Shown: in pieces, positions 13,854-28,542 of the stretch
Layout of the letters: each line of letters starts with the position of its first letter
How positions within the stretch are numbered: position 1 is the stretch's first letter
NCBI GenBank assembly: GCA_021613535.1
Contig: CP075496.1
Location: forward strand, 4,526,001 to 4,590,000
DNA length: 64,000 bases
DNA from: Adineta vaga
Taxonomy: Eukaryota; Animalia; Rotifera
Direction of reading: 5' to 3'
Position numbers and translations under genes: made by a program
The notes under the pieces: generated by a model
What the model was told of the DNA's origin: nothing
What the model saw: only the letters and a program-made list of their open reading frames with translations
Database searches by the model: none

Positions 13854-15894
13854 ATGCTCAAAGTCGCATTACGCAATAATCAATCATTATATCAAATTTC
13901 GACACAATCCTTCGTTCGTTGTTCGTCACATGCATCAACATCGGCCCATCAACAAAATGGACCAGGTCAATTTGGTTTCTATCGTCAAGTAGAATTATTT
14001 TATGATCGCGCTGCAAAAATTCTCGAAGATAAATTAGTTGATGATATGACCAAAACAAAACTAACTGATGATATAAAACATAAAAAAGTTCGAGGAATAT
14101 TGAAAATTATTAAACCATGTAATCATGTTTTGGAAATACGTTTTCCTATACGTAAAGATAATGGCGAACTGCATATTATTGAAGCATATCGTGCTCAACA
14201 TTCACAACATCGTACACCATGTAAAGGTGGTATTCGATACTCAATGGATGTCAATTTAGATGAAGTCAAAGCATTAGCTGCACTTATGACATATAAATGT
14301 GCTTGCGTTGATGTACCATTTGGTGGTGGAAAAGCTGGTGTCAAAATCAATCCAAAAGAATGGTCCGAACCTGAATTGGAACGTATTACACGACGATTGA
14401 CAGTTGAATTGGCGAAAAAAGGTTTTATTGGACCTGGTATTGATGTTCCTGCACCTGATATGGGAACTGGTGAACGTGAAATGGCTTGGATTGCTGATAC
14501 ATACGCATCAACGTTGGTTGGGAAGATATTCATGCTTATGGTTGTGTTACAGGAAAGCCTATTCTTAGTGGTGGTATTCATGGTCGAACATCGGCGACAG
14601 GTCGTGGTTTATATCATGGTGTAGATAATTTTGTTAATGAAGCTTCCTATATGTATGAATGAAACAAAAGAAAAAAGTTAAATAGTTCGACAAGTGTATT
14701 TTTTTGTTTAGGGGAATGGTTGGTCTTTTACCTGGTCTTGCTGGTAAAACCTTTATCGTTCAAGTAAGAAACATAAAAATGATTTTTATTTACAATGATT
14801 ATTCTATTGTTGTTTTTTATTTTCAGGGTTTCGGTAATGTTGGTCTTCATTCAACCCGTTATTTAACTCGACATGGTGCACGTTGTGTTGGAGTACTTGA
14901 ATGGGACGCAGCCATTGTGAATCCAGATGGAATTGATCCAAAAGCACTTGAAGAATATAAATTAGAAAATGGTACAATCAAAGGTTTTCCAGGAGCAAAA
15001 CCGTATGAAAAAGAACCGAAAGAAGAATTACTTTGCGAAAAATGTGATATACTTGTACCAGCTGCTAATGAACGACAAATTACATCAGAGAATGCAGCTC
15101 GAATTCAAGCTCGAATCATAGCTGAGGTAAAGCATTGAAATAAATTTTCAATTTTAATCTTCCACAAGCAACATGATTGTATATCTAGGGTGCCAATGGT
15201 CCGACAACACCAGAAGCTGATGCTATTCTTATGAAAAATAATATTCTTGTGCTTCCAGGTATGAAGATAAATACCTGTTTTTCGAAAAATAACACAAACG
15301 ATTATCTTGTTTAGATTTGTATATCAATGCCGGTGGTGTAACTGTTTCTTATTTTGAATGGTTAAAAAATTTAAGTCATGTCAGTTATGGACGATTAACA
15401 TTCAAATATCAACGTGATACAAATTATGCTCTACTCGGTATGTTTTGAAACAGTTACAATAATTCAAGAATTTCTTATTATTTTCATTTAGAATCGGTTC
15501 AAAGTTCATTGGAAGCAAAATTTGGTCGAACGGTAATTAAATTAATCATATACAAATTTTCAAATCATTTTTCTCTTTGATTTTTTTCTTCTTTCTAGGG
15601 TGGAAAAATTCCAATTGTAAGTCAAAATAGGTTTATTGTCTAGGAAATATTTATAATTTCATCTTTTGAAAAAAGGTTCCAAGTGATGATTTCTTCAAAC
15701 GTATGGCTGGTGCTTCAGAAAAAGACATCGTTCATTCAGGTCTTGAACAAACGATGGAAAAATCAGCACGAGCTATTATGCAAACAGCCATGCGTTATGA
15801 TCTTGGTCTTGATATTCGTACAGCAGCATATGTAAATGCGATTGAAAAAATTTATAAAGTTTACGTTAGTGCGGGTATTACATTCGGATCATAG
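13854..15894 (+). CDS. GDH: Mitochondrial glutamate dehydrogenase, copy 2 (8 exons), with an apparent 1-nt frameshift at about 14511-14520
   Basis: Same motifs as copy 1. The frame slips at acgttggttggg; homology ([31 protein letters not shown]) continues in another frame and the downstream exons are intact. Confidence 0.92.
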
Positions 15895-17349
15895 ATAACT
15901 GAAATATCTGTTTTTCATTCCACAAAAGAACAAACAGTGGATATATAGAAATTTTCTTTTATCCGTTTTCAATAATCAATAGAAATAAAAAATGATCGAT
16001 GTAAACTAGATGTACAGATTTTTTGTTCAACTGAATGGTATATATACTTCTTGCATAGCTAGAAGCAATTGACTAAATGAATTTATTGAAATCTAGTTAT
16101 ATTCTATTTCTCTATCACATATAATTCATAATTGAATTGATGTATTAAAACATAGGATTGATTGAATTACATGTTTGAATACAATTCAATTATATGTTGA
16201 GAAGTAGGTTTCATTAAATCGTATGAGGTCAATGAGGGGTTTCAATAACGTGTTAATCGTTATCTTTGTTGATATTTATTATAGCATTTCGAGAATTTCT
16301 TTTCTCCCATTTATCATAATTGAAGTTGATGCTTTCTTCCGCAAGCGACTAGTATTTGATAGAAAACCATCATCCATCAAGGTTATCACTAATAGCCATT
16401 TATTTAAGAATAAAGTAAATAAAAACAATGAGATAACTTGCCATTAGCAGATGATAATCGCTATCTATGAATATACAATGTATTGATCAAACTGTAATAA
16501 ACACTTCGCACTAGTATAAAACAAACAGAAACGGAGTAGCAAGATATATGCTTGTTACAAGTAACTGTCATGAGAACTTGTAGTTGATGATAGATACACT
16601 ATATCTTTTCGTGATTATTTCTGATTGTTTTGAATTTCGAAAGGTTTCGAAGATAATATCGAAGATGGTTCAATTCATCGGCGAAGTTATTCAATTCCCT
16701 TTGAAATATATAATCATTTTCTTTTCTCATTTCTTTGTTATGCGATTATCAAGTGTATTATGATGTAATCGAAACAAATGAATACTAAGTATGATTATGC
16801 AAATAGTCATTCATATTCAAAAAAGAAAATGAGAAACTTCGATCATCAATTGCTGTACGTGTTGATAGTTAAATATCCAATATAAATTTCATCGATATGT
16901 CTACGAGATTAATGTTGAACAAATGTGATTAGACAGGAAACTGATTATTTGATAATCTATCCAAGTCAAGTAAACAATCCTAATCAAATCATTGATTCAA
17001 TTCTATAGATTGAACAATTTTATTACATGCATTTGATTTATTTGAATATTATGAATACAAAGATTACTTTATACATATAGAAGAATAAAAAAGCAGAAGC
17101 AAAAAAAAGGATTGTATTGCAGAACTATTTAGTGAGAAAAGAGAAACAACGAACAGGTAGACAAACACACAATAGATAGTGAGATAAAGGATTAACTAAC
17201 AGCCATAGGAGAAAAACAAACGATGTATAATATTCACCGGTAATGACTGTTAATATTAAAAGAATTTGTTTTGTTTTCTAATGAGATAATTAAAAACAGA
17301 GAAAAAGAAAGAAGACACTATTCTACAAATTTATTGAAAATTTCAATGT

Positions 17350-18453
17350 TCATTCATCATACGGACTGGTATGAACAATAACATATTTTTTATTATTCAC
17401 ATGTATACGTAATTTTGATTTGTCCGATTGTAAGGCACAACAAAAGCAACAGCTGAGAATTGTTGTTAATAAACTTGCCCCAATAGCAGCAACTGTTAAC
17501 CAAAAAGCTAAACCTAAACGTTCGACATTAATTAGCCAAGGATTAAATGCAATAATTAAAGATTCTGTTTGTCCTAATTCAAAAGTATAATCAGGTCGAT
17601 GTAAACGTTCTTGAATCCATTCATTCAGAAATAGACCTAAACCACCAGCACCACTAAGAAATGATGTCAATGAAAAGAAACTAACGAATACAAATGGAAT
17701 TGAATAAAATCGATCAACACAATTGATACAAAATAATATTAATAAAGCCAGAAATGTTAATAATGGGGCAGCAACGAATAAGAGAAGCATAATTATATGA
17801 CGAATACGTTTGGTATAATGATATAAATCACGTGGTGATGATGATGATGAAGAGGAAGAATCAAATGAGAAATACTTTTGAATACCTTCATAATCAAATG
17901 AGATGACTTGCCTCCATATACATTTATCTTCTTTCCAATAATAATGTGTACGATTAAAGATATGTTCACATCCTTCTTCATCGATGTAAGATGGACAAGA
18001 TGGTATACCATCGCATTTTCTTTCCTAAAAACAATCAAGTTTTTTTGTTTTAGATTAAATTTTAAAAAACAAACAACATACACAAGAATTCTTTTCATGA
18101 CAATAAATGAATGAATCATTACATGATTGTGAAGATAATATGGGATATAGTTCCATACGATCAATACTATTTTTTTCTGTTTTAATCGTATGTAAAGTAA
18201 TCCATTTGTAATCTAGACAATAACCAAATAAACTTAATCGTGAACGAAATGCATGTTGAAGAAGATGAGTTTCTAATTGAACACTTTGATTATTTATTTG
18301 GAAATATTCTCGTTGTTGATTTGTTCTATTGTAATGATCAATTAAATTATCATCAATCGAATTCCAACGAGTACTTAGAAATGCATAACAATATAAACCA
18401 ATTGATACAATCATTGGAAGGACAATATTAACAACTAAAATACTGACCTTCAT
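17350..18453 (-). CDS. Claudin/PMP22-like four-TM protein with an LDL-receptor class A-like module in the first extracellular loop (2 exons; intron 18025-18081)
   Basis: TM1 at the N-terminus followed by STRW and SLFGYC (claudin W...GLW-x-x-C-like). Spliced CNDSFIYCHEKNSC/ERKCDGIPSCPSYIDEEGC. Three further TM helices, LGLAFWL before TM4, and a CCFCC cluster. Confidence 0.72.
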
Positions 18454-20487
18454 CGTTGATCTTTTTATCTGAAAAAAAGAGAAGAAGAAATAAATAATAC
18501 AAATCATTCTAATAGATATAAATAATGATCGACATATTCCTGCTGCGTAGATTTCGAGTATTGTGATGAATATGACATATCATTATTTCTGTGGAAAGAT
18601 AGTTTTTTCTCGATGACTCTAGAACGTTAACCTTTTTCTTCCCACTTTGTTGTTTCGTATTCGTACATAAAAAAGAATCATCGAATGCTTTCTTTTTCGT
18701 ACGTGTTCAATAAATCAATACTTCAAGCAAGAAGAAAAGACATCTGGAGAAGAAACAGGACGTTGTTGTAATGCTACTGTTCCTGTTCAATCAAGCACTT
18801 AAACAAAAAAAGAATGCATAAATATTCACAATACGAGCGAATAATCGCATATATATATGTAGGCGTGCCTTGACCCCCACTGACTGGTCGTCACATCTAT
18901 CCATACATATATATGAAGTCGATTACGTATTCATGATTCAATATTAAACCGTCGGCACATACAAAATACAATGAACGGTTCATCTAATTCATTTGTGTAT
19001 ATTCAGCCCTTAGAGATCGGTGTGTATGTATACACATAAATGTATGTATAGGAAAGGTAATTTGACGCAGACTGAGAAGAAATCTAAGAAAAAGGGAGAG
19101 AAAGAGAGAGAGACAAAAAAGTGCGTGACCGAAAATTTCTTTGTTCATGAGAGAAGATGGAAATATGAGAATGATTGATAGTGAACAATAAGGATAATCA
19201 ATGTTCAAAAAAGGAAATATCAAATTATTGAAAAAATAAATCTCAAGCTAATATCATAATACTTCTTTATATGGCAATGTACAAAAACACAAAAATAAAT
19301 GCCTTTTGATGATGAATACGATAACATGAAAAACAAACCATGTATACTGATAGCCACAGATAGTCAGAAATAGAAGAAAAGAGTGAGTAGTCAGCTGCGA
19401 AAGCACTAGAGAATAAATGAGTGATGAAAGAAAGAAAGGCAGAGAGAGACAGAGACAGAGAAGAGAAAAACAGAGAGACAGAGAATGAAGAAAAGAATCA
19501 GATAAAGACACCAATCGAAACTATGTGAGTAAGAATTGACATATATGATAGTGATGATACTGTTATCATAACGTTTCATATAGTAAATATCTTTTACCCG
19601 CCTAGAGAATTATCTTATTAGATTAATTCTAATTATAACAATCGAATGTTCATGATTGATTCCAAGGGAAATCATAAGAAATCTACCTTTTTTCCTATTA
19701 ATTCAACATATGTTGATTAGATAGAATTTTGATAAATTGTTGATACAAAAGTCAAAGCTTTTGATTATCGTTATTACAAGATTAATGTTAACCTTGATCA
19801 TGCCATGCCAGACATCGAGTAATTCGATGATCAATAGCACGTTAATGAGACTCTAACCAACACGATAGCAATACAAAGAACATATCATGATTTAGTCTTC
19901 AATTGTATGTATATATTAAATCAAAGTATAAAGGTTAAATAGAAAAAAAACTCTTACACCCAGCGGCATATTCATACAAAAGAAAAAAAATCTTATTTCT
20001 ATTTGTTTAAATAATCCTTGGTAGAAGTATAGAAGTGTATTGTGAGTAAAAGATTTTTCAAGTTCAATATCAATACTTCGGTAGAGATCAGACGAATAGT
20101 TTAATACATCAAATTTTTAATGAATTCTAATCTCATTGCGAAACAAGATAGTTTTCACCTTGTAATCGATACAAATCTCTTTAATTTCATAGAAATCAAT
20201 GACATACATACATACTCACTCACATTTTGTATAAAAAGGATATTTCACTAAATATTTATACAGATATAATTTTTATTTTGAATAAATATAATCAAGTCGA
20301 TGTGTTTGTTAACTAGCGCCGTCTGTTGATTTCATTATCGGTTTGGACAGATAGACACCTCTTATATTTCAAGGAAAAGAAAAGAGAAGAAGTGAAGCAA
20401 ATCGAGTAGATACAAACGGTCATTCATTCATTGTGTTTATTTATTTACGTTTATCAATAGCTATATTTAGATATAACATATCGGAAA

Positions 20488-20877
20488 ATGACTGATGCAC
20501 GAACACTTTCATCATCATCTTCATCAACAACAAATCATGTGAATGGAACTAATACAACTCCATTATTACCTCCAGATTTAAATAATATTAATGGTTTAAC
20601 CACTTATGTAAGTGTTTGTTCAATCTATAAGTTTCATTGAATAAAGAGGTTCTTTTCTTTTTCTTATTAGGTTAATACAATTTTCCATCAGATGGAAGAA
20701 AAATTTTTAGCTGCAAGTGATCAAGTAATGAATCGTATGAATGAATTAGGTAAAAGAATTGATACATTAGAATCGAATCTTGGTGATATTATTTCGCATC
20801 TACCAACTGAAGAAACATCAACATCGAGTTCATCGCCAAGTATAGCACCATCATCACAACAACAAACAAAATCATGA
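20488..20877 (+). CDS. HSBP1: Heat shock factor-binding protein 1 (2 exons)
   Basis: LTTY/VNTIFHQMEEKFLAASDQVMNRMNELGKRIDTLESNLGDI matches the HSBP1 coiled coil. Confidence 0.88.
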
Positions 20878-21471
20878 TCAAATTTTTTACTTTTTCTTGC
20901 AATTTTCCTCGTCACGATTAGAATGTTCATTCTTCTTATTCTTATTCAAACTATGCATGGGTTAGAGATGTAATTCATTTGTATATTATTAAATAAACAG
21001 ATATAACTGTACATCAAATGTTTTAATCTTGGAAAAGGATCTCATCTAATATTTATAATTGCTAAAGAATACCCAACAATAGATTTATTTGATTGATACT
21101 AACAATTCAATACGATCATAATATCAAGGGATAGTTTATCAAAATTCTTTCAGTTATATCCTATTGAATATTTTCATCTATATAAGACATAGCTATAATT
21201 TATCTAAGTGGAGATACAAATTTTTTTTCTACCTATCGAACTATTTAGTATTTCATAGAATTTTTCATTTAAAGAAGACAAAATCTGTTTATCATATCAA
21301 ATACTTCTCTCCTTATCTTCACATATATAAACTTACCTTTTTTTTATTAAAGATCTTGTCGCATATATTTCTGTTATAGAGTAGAGTTTATGACGACCTT
21401 CTATTAAATTATTTTACAAAAACCAAAAAAATGAAAATCGAATCGTCCTATTTTTCAATATTTATTTTCAG

Positions 21472-24389
21472 ATGTTTGTCAATATCTTCTATATCGTTAT
21501 ATCATTTGTAACGATATTTGCTCATAGTACAAACGAAGATGACTTACCAAATTTAGTTGGCAATTATTATATGCCAATTCTAGGCAATAATAATCAATAC
21601 GTTTTCAATATTGATTGGTCATATTCTCTTAATCGATATGTAGTTACTGTTACCGGACAGACATTAGCTTGGGCTACAGGTACATTAAGTATAACTAATA
21701 ATGCTTCTGTTAATCTTCTTTGTGATAATGGTGATAATTTATCGGGTGTTGTAAGCTATTCAACTGATTTACCAACAATTTGTTGGCCTACATTCAAAGA
21801 TTTTACTTGTTGGAAACATCTTCTATCAAATGTAACACGAATTCATGTGATAAATATGTAAATGATCGTTTTCTGATGAACAATGTTCATTATAATTGAT
21901 TATTTGTTGTCTTTTAGGAATCATTTAGACGTTGGTTACAATGGTATTCCAATGACTGGTTTTATAAATAATATTTTGAACATATATTTCCATCAATATT
22001 TTCCTCGTGCAGCTATTTTAGCTGAACAAATCCGTCATATTTCTCCGGATGATGCATTTGTATATACAACTCATCCTTGGTTACTTAGTATGTTTTTCAA
22101 CTGTCCAACAAATTTTGTTTTGGCCGGAATTTTATTAAAATGTCCATCAAATGACGAATTAGAATTAATTGAACGAGCTATCCGAACGGGTGCTATAACA
22201 TGGCATGCTGGTGCTATGAATATGGAATATGAATGGATGGATGAACGAGCATTAAATCTTTCGTTAGATTTATCTGTTTCATTAGCAAAGCGTTTTAATG
22301 TTCCTGTTCCATGTGTAATCAGTATTCGTGATGTTCCTGGTCTTCCAATAACCATTGTTAGATCATTAAATCAATATTTTGCGCAATATTGTTCATTTAA
22401 ACCTATGGTAACCGTTGGTGTCAATGCTGGTAAATAGAATTTGTTATACTTTTTTTTTCTATAAAGAGCAAAAACATAATAAATATTCTGATCTTTTCTA
22501 GCGGTAACTGATGTTGATATTCCAAATGGTTTATTTCGATGGGGAACAAGTGATGATTCAAGTGTACTTGCTACATGGCATTTCTATGGTTTGTATTCAT
22601 TTCCTAGAATATAAATTATTAGAAGACAAAGATTTACTCTTCGTAGGCTATCCAAATAATCCTGGTTCAACATTTGGTAATCCTGGTGGTTTAGGTATTG
22701 ATGATATTGTTGTCATACCTGAAGTAGGTGTTGGTTTAGCATTTGCATTTCGTACAGATAATCAAGGTATTATTTGAATTGAATCTTATCGAAATAGTTT
22801 ATAAATAAAATTTTCAGGTCCACCAATGTCCATTGCTGAAATTCGTCAAAATCATGAAATAATTCGTCAATCTTACCCAGGCGCTCGAATAATATCATCA
22901 TCATTTCAAAATTTTCTCGAAGATATCGCTGGTATTGCACCGGACTTGGAATTATTTGATCGAGATATATCTGATTCGTGGTTACAAGGCATTGGTTCAG
23001 ATCCAAAACGTGTTCAACAATATCAAGCATTACAGAGAGCATTAAAAACATGTTTTGATCGTAAATTATGTACAACAGAAGATGATCAATTGAAAAATGC
23101 AAGTCGATTTCTTATCAAAATTCCAGGTTACTTTCAAATACTTAGTTTCATTTTTAATAATTATTATTTATTTAGAACATACATGGGGTTTACCATCTTT
23201 ATATGATCAAATTAATTGGACTAATAAACAATTTGAAACTGTTGTTAATACGGGGCAATCCTATAATAATTGTCGCTCAGCATGGCTTGAACAACGAGCA
23301 TTTTTCGATATCTATTTAGAGACAGTTAAAGATCATCCAGTTTATAATATCATTCAACAAGAACTTCGTTTAACATTTGATAATGTCAAACGACCAAATT
23401 TAGATAATTTCAAAGCTGTTTCACCAACGGAAGCATTTGTCTTATTTCAAAAATCAGCCGAACCAATTACTGTTTCATTTGATAAAAATCTAGGATCAAT
23501 CTCGAATTTATCACGTAGTGAATCTATCTATTGGACTAACGAAAATTCTCAATTGGGAACTTATGTTTATATTACTTATAACGAAACTGATTTCATTCAA
23601 TTATCAAATACATACGGCAATCCAGGTATGAAACAGGTTCAAGCTTTAGCTTACAGAAAACTAATAATATCAATATATTTTTAGGTTATGATAAGCCGAA
23701 CTCTACAGTAAATGCAAGTCCAGATTCACGTACATGGTTACCAACATTAAAACGATTCTTTCGATCTCGTAATGATGAAAATGTTTTTCTTGCTTTGTTA
23801 AATCTTGATAATGAAGTTGTGGATTCCTATGGTGGTTTCAATGAAATCTGGTTATTATATAAATTCATTGATGAAACCTCATTTACTCTTGAATGGATCG
23901 GTTTAAATAAAACGGCAACACGTCTTGCTGAAGCATCGATGGTTAAATTTCTTCTTCCTATGCAACCATCTTGTTCTTTAATTCAATATGATACAAAAGT
24001 TGATGTTCAACAAGCAGCAACGAAATCATCATATTTTCAACGAGGTGTGGATTCTTTTTCATGTCAATCAACTTTATCAGCAAAATGTTTTGTTACAATT
24101 GATGTTAAATCTTACGATGCACCACTTGGTTTGTTAACAGATTTGATTTTCTTTTCGTTAGATAAAAAAGAACTTGTTTTTCTTTTCAGTATGTCCAATA
24201 TTGAAAGGTAAAGAACCAACAGCTCTTCCTTTTCCAGCACCAGGTGATTCTCCACCCTTAGATGGCATGGCTTATAATCTACATAATAATGTTTGGGATA
24301 CAAATTACATTTATTGGTATCCACTAGTTGCAGGTGATGAATCATGGCGAGCTCGATTCTTAGTTACATTCGATGGATCATGTAGTTAA
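21472..24389 (+). CDS. Secreted DUF5054-type / GH38-N-terminal-like putative glycoside hydrolase, multi-exon
   Basis: Signal peptide; IHVINM/NHLDVGY, YFHQYFPRA, FVYTTHPWL, AIRTGAITWHA, TDNQGPP, DISDSWLQGIGSDP, IPEHTWG, WIGLNKTATRLAEA, and C-terminal GMAYNLHNNVWDTNYIYWYP. Confidence 0.75.
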
Positions 24390-24764
24390 TAGATATTCGA
24401 TGTAATTTATTTTCTATCCATATACTTAGTAGTATACTTTCGTTTTTGTACTTCGTGATATTCTATTTTATTTTCTTATTCTTTTTCTCTTCATTCTAAT
24501 CTAATGTAAACTATAAACTGTAGTCGCGCTTCGTTTTCGAAACTTCTTTGAATAAACGAATCAATAATAGAAAAGAAAATAGTGTCATCTATATCTCATT
24601 GATTTTCTTTCTTTTATCGGAGACTTATAAACATCATTCATTTGAAAATAAATAAATATCTCTTCATCATTTTCGATTGGATAGAAAGAAAGGAAATTTG
24701 TCTTTCTTTTTTCTATACAATATTTTCCATTGCCACGTGCTACTTCTACCCGTAAATTCTTACT

Positions 24765-26539
<1,775 letters not shown>

Positions 26540-26585
26540 AAAGTTAACTGACAGTATCTCTTCTTTGTTGTACGTGTTTGTTATT

Positions 26586-27223
26586 CTATTTGGAATAAAG
26601 TGATGTGTCCGTGGAAGAAGATAAAAGAGTTTTACGTGTTCGTTCATGATCATCTTCACATAAAATTTGATTATTATATAGGAAATATCGATCACCAACA
26701 CAAAATCTATTATTATCATGAGAAAAAGTTCTTTTAATTCTAATAATAAAACACAATTAACTTACTTTTGTTGACATTCATAACATGAGAAACAATTTAA
26801 ATGATAAACAAGTTCTCCACAACGCATAACTAAATCAAATGCAGGAACTATAACAAATAAATAGAGAATGAATGTTATTTCTTAGAATACAATAATTCAA
26901 ACACTTCTTACTTAGTCTTTGACAACTAGCACAATGGCCAGTCATACCAAATAGACGTAAATAATCACGTTTACAAAGTATTAAATTTGCTTTTAAATAC
27001 AATGTTGAACCTGTTTCACCAAGACGACAATCGCAACAAGCACATTTCAAACAATCTTCATGCCACATTTTATCTAAAGCTAAACAATAGACAAGAAGGA
27101 ATTTTTCGTTATCAGAAAGCAATCAATGTCTATACCTTGAAGCATATAACGATCATTAATAATTTGATTGCAATTAGCACAAATATAACTTTTATTTGTT
27201 GGAAGAATGTTTGTATTTGTCAT
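26586..27223 (-). CDS. LMO: LIM-domain-only protein (LMO1/3, Beadex-like), 4 exons
   Basis: [60 protein letters not shown], second LIM domain [16 protein letters not shown]...[23 protein letters not shown]...LCEDD. Confidence 0.93.
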
Positions 27224-28542
27224 CTGAGTGAAGAAAAAAAATGTCAGAAGTGAAATCTTGATTTGTCTGAGAACAAGAAGATGAAGAAGATGAAGAAGAA
27301 AATTTGATTAAACTGACAGACAAAGCACAGAAAGGGAGAGAGAGAAGAAGAAAAAAAAGATGAATGATGGCATTCGGAGGGGGTCCTGTTTTTAATTAAA
27401 ATAAGTGTGTATAGGTGTGAGGATTCCATCACGGTCAATTAAGAGGAGAAAAAGAAGAATGAGCCATCTGTCGCACATATTATATTCTGGTGAACATTTC
27501 AATTTTTTCTTTTCCTATCAATGATGACAGTAGACAAAATAGAAGAAAGGTAATAAAAATGACAATTTCATTTGTCATATTTTATTTCATTTTTCTCATA
27601 TACACAATCAATACGTCCTATGGATCATTGTGTCGACCATATTGTCATCTCATCCAATTTCTGCTTCCTCTTCTTCTTCTTCTTAATTCTCATGAGAGAT
27701 ATTTTCTTTTCTTCTTGTCTTCTCTGGAACAACTAATTATAAAGAAAAGCACAATGATGGGCAAACGATGATAACTGCACCGTATGTGAATGTTATGCCG
27801 GAGAGAAATTGGAAACGGCGTCCATCAATGACAAAAGTAGCAGTAGTTCGAATGGATAGCAAAGAGAGATAATTCATTCCCGCAAACCAATTAACGATTA
27901 GATTGAAGAACTAGAAAGATGATTACTTATTGCTTTTTAACAACAGACGTGCGTGTGTAAAAGAAAATGAACGAGACGCGTGCTACACGCAAGAAAACTA
28001 ACAGACTAATTTTCATTAGAACATCAACAACACAAACTAGAAAGCAATTGGTCAAGTTAATTTTGATTTTTTTTATCTACATAGAGGCAAATGTATCCGT
28101 TCAGAGAAATCTCGTTGGATTTGATATAGTATTAAAAGAAGTCACAATAAAAAAAGAACTACAAAATAAATATCAAGGAAATCCGTAATTAAGATCTTTG
28201 TTTCTTTACAAAAAGAACATCATGAATAGTTGGCTGCTCGATACAAATTTCAATTCATTAAATGACGTTATTAATGTTGTTTGTTTAGTTGATTATCTAA
28301 ATGCAAATAATTATTATATAAAAAAATATTTTTTATTTATATAGATCGTAGCTTTTCTAGTTAATAAATCAATCAGAGTGATCAGATTTCACAATAAACA
28401 TAATCGTTTCTTCATCATTTGTTAATGTGTCATTGTTGATGTTATTACGCAATAACATCGAAATCACATGAATATAAAATCGTACCTGTTTACATATATT
28501 TTTATCTTCCTAGTTCTTTTGCAACGCATATTAAGAATATAC

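Noticed and set aside
12743-14581. Antisense ORFs over the GDH genes
   Set aside because: Shadow ORFs produced by codon bias.
17793-18164. ORF with poly-His suggesting frameshifts in the tetraspan gene
   Set aside because: Resolved by the intron at 18025-18081; the true frame differs.
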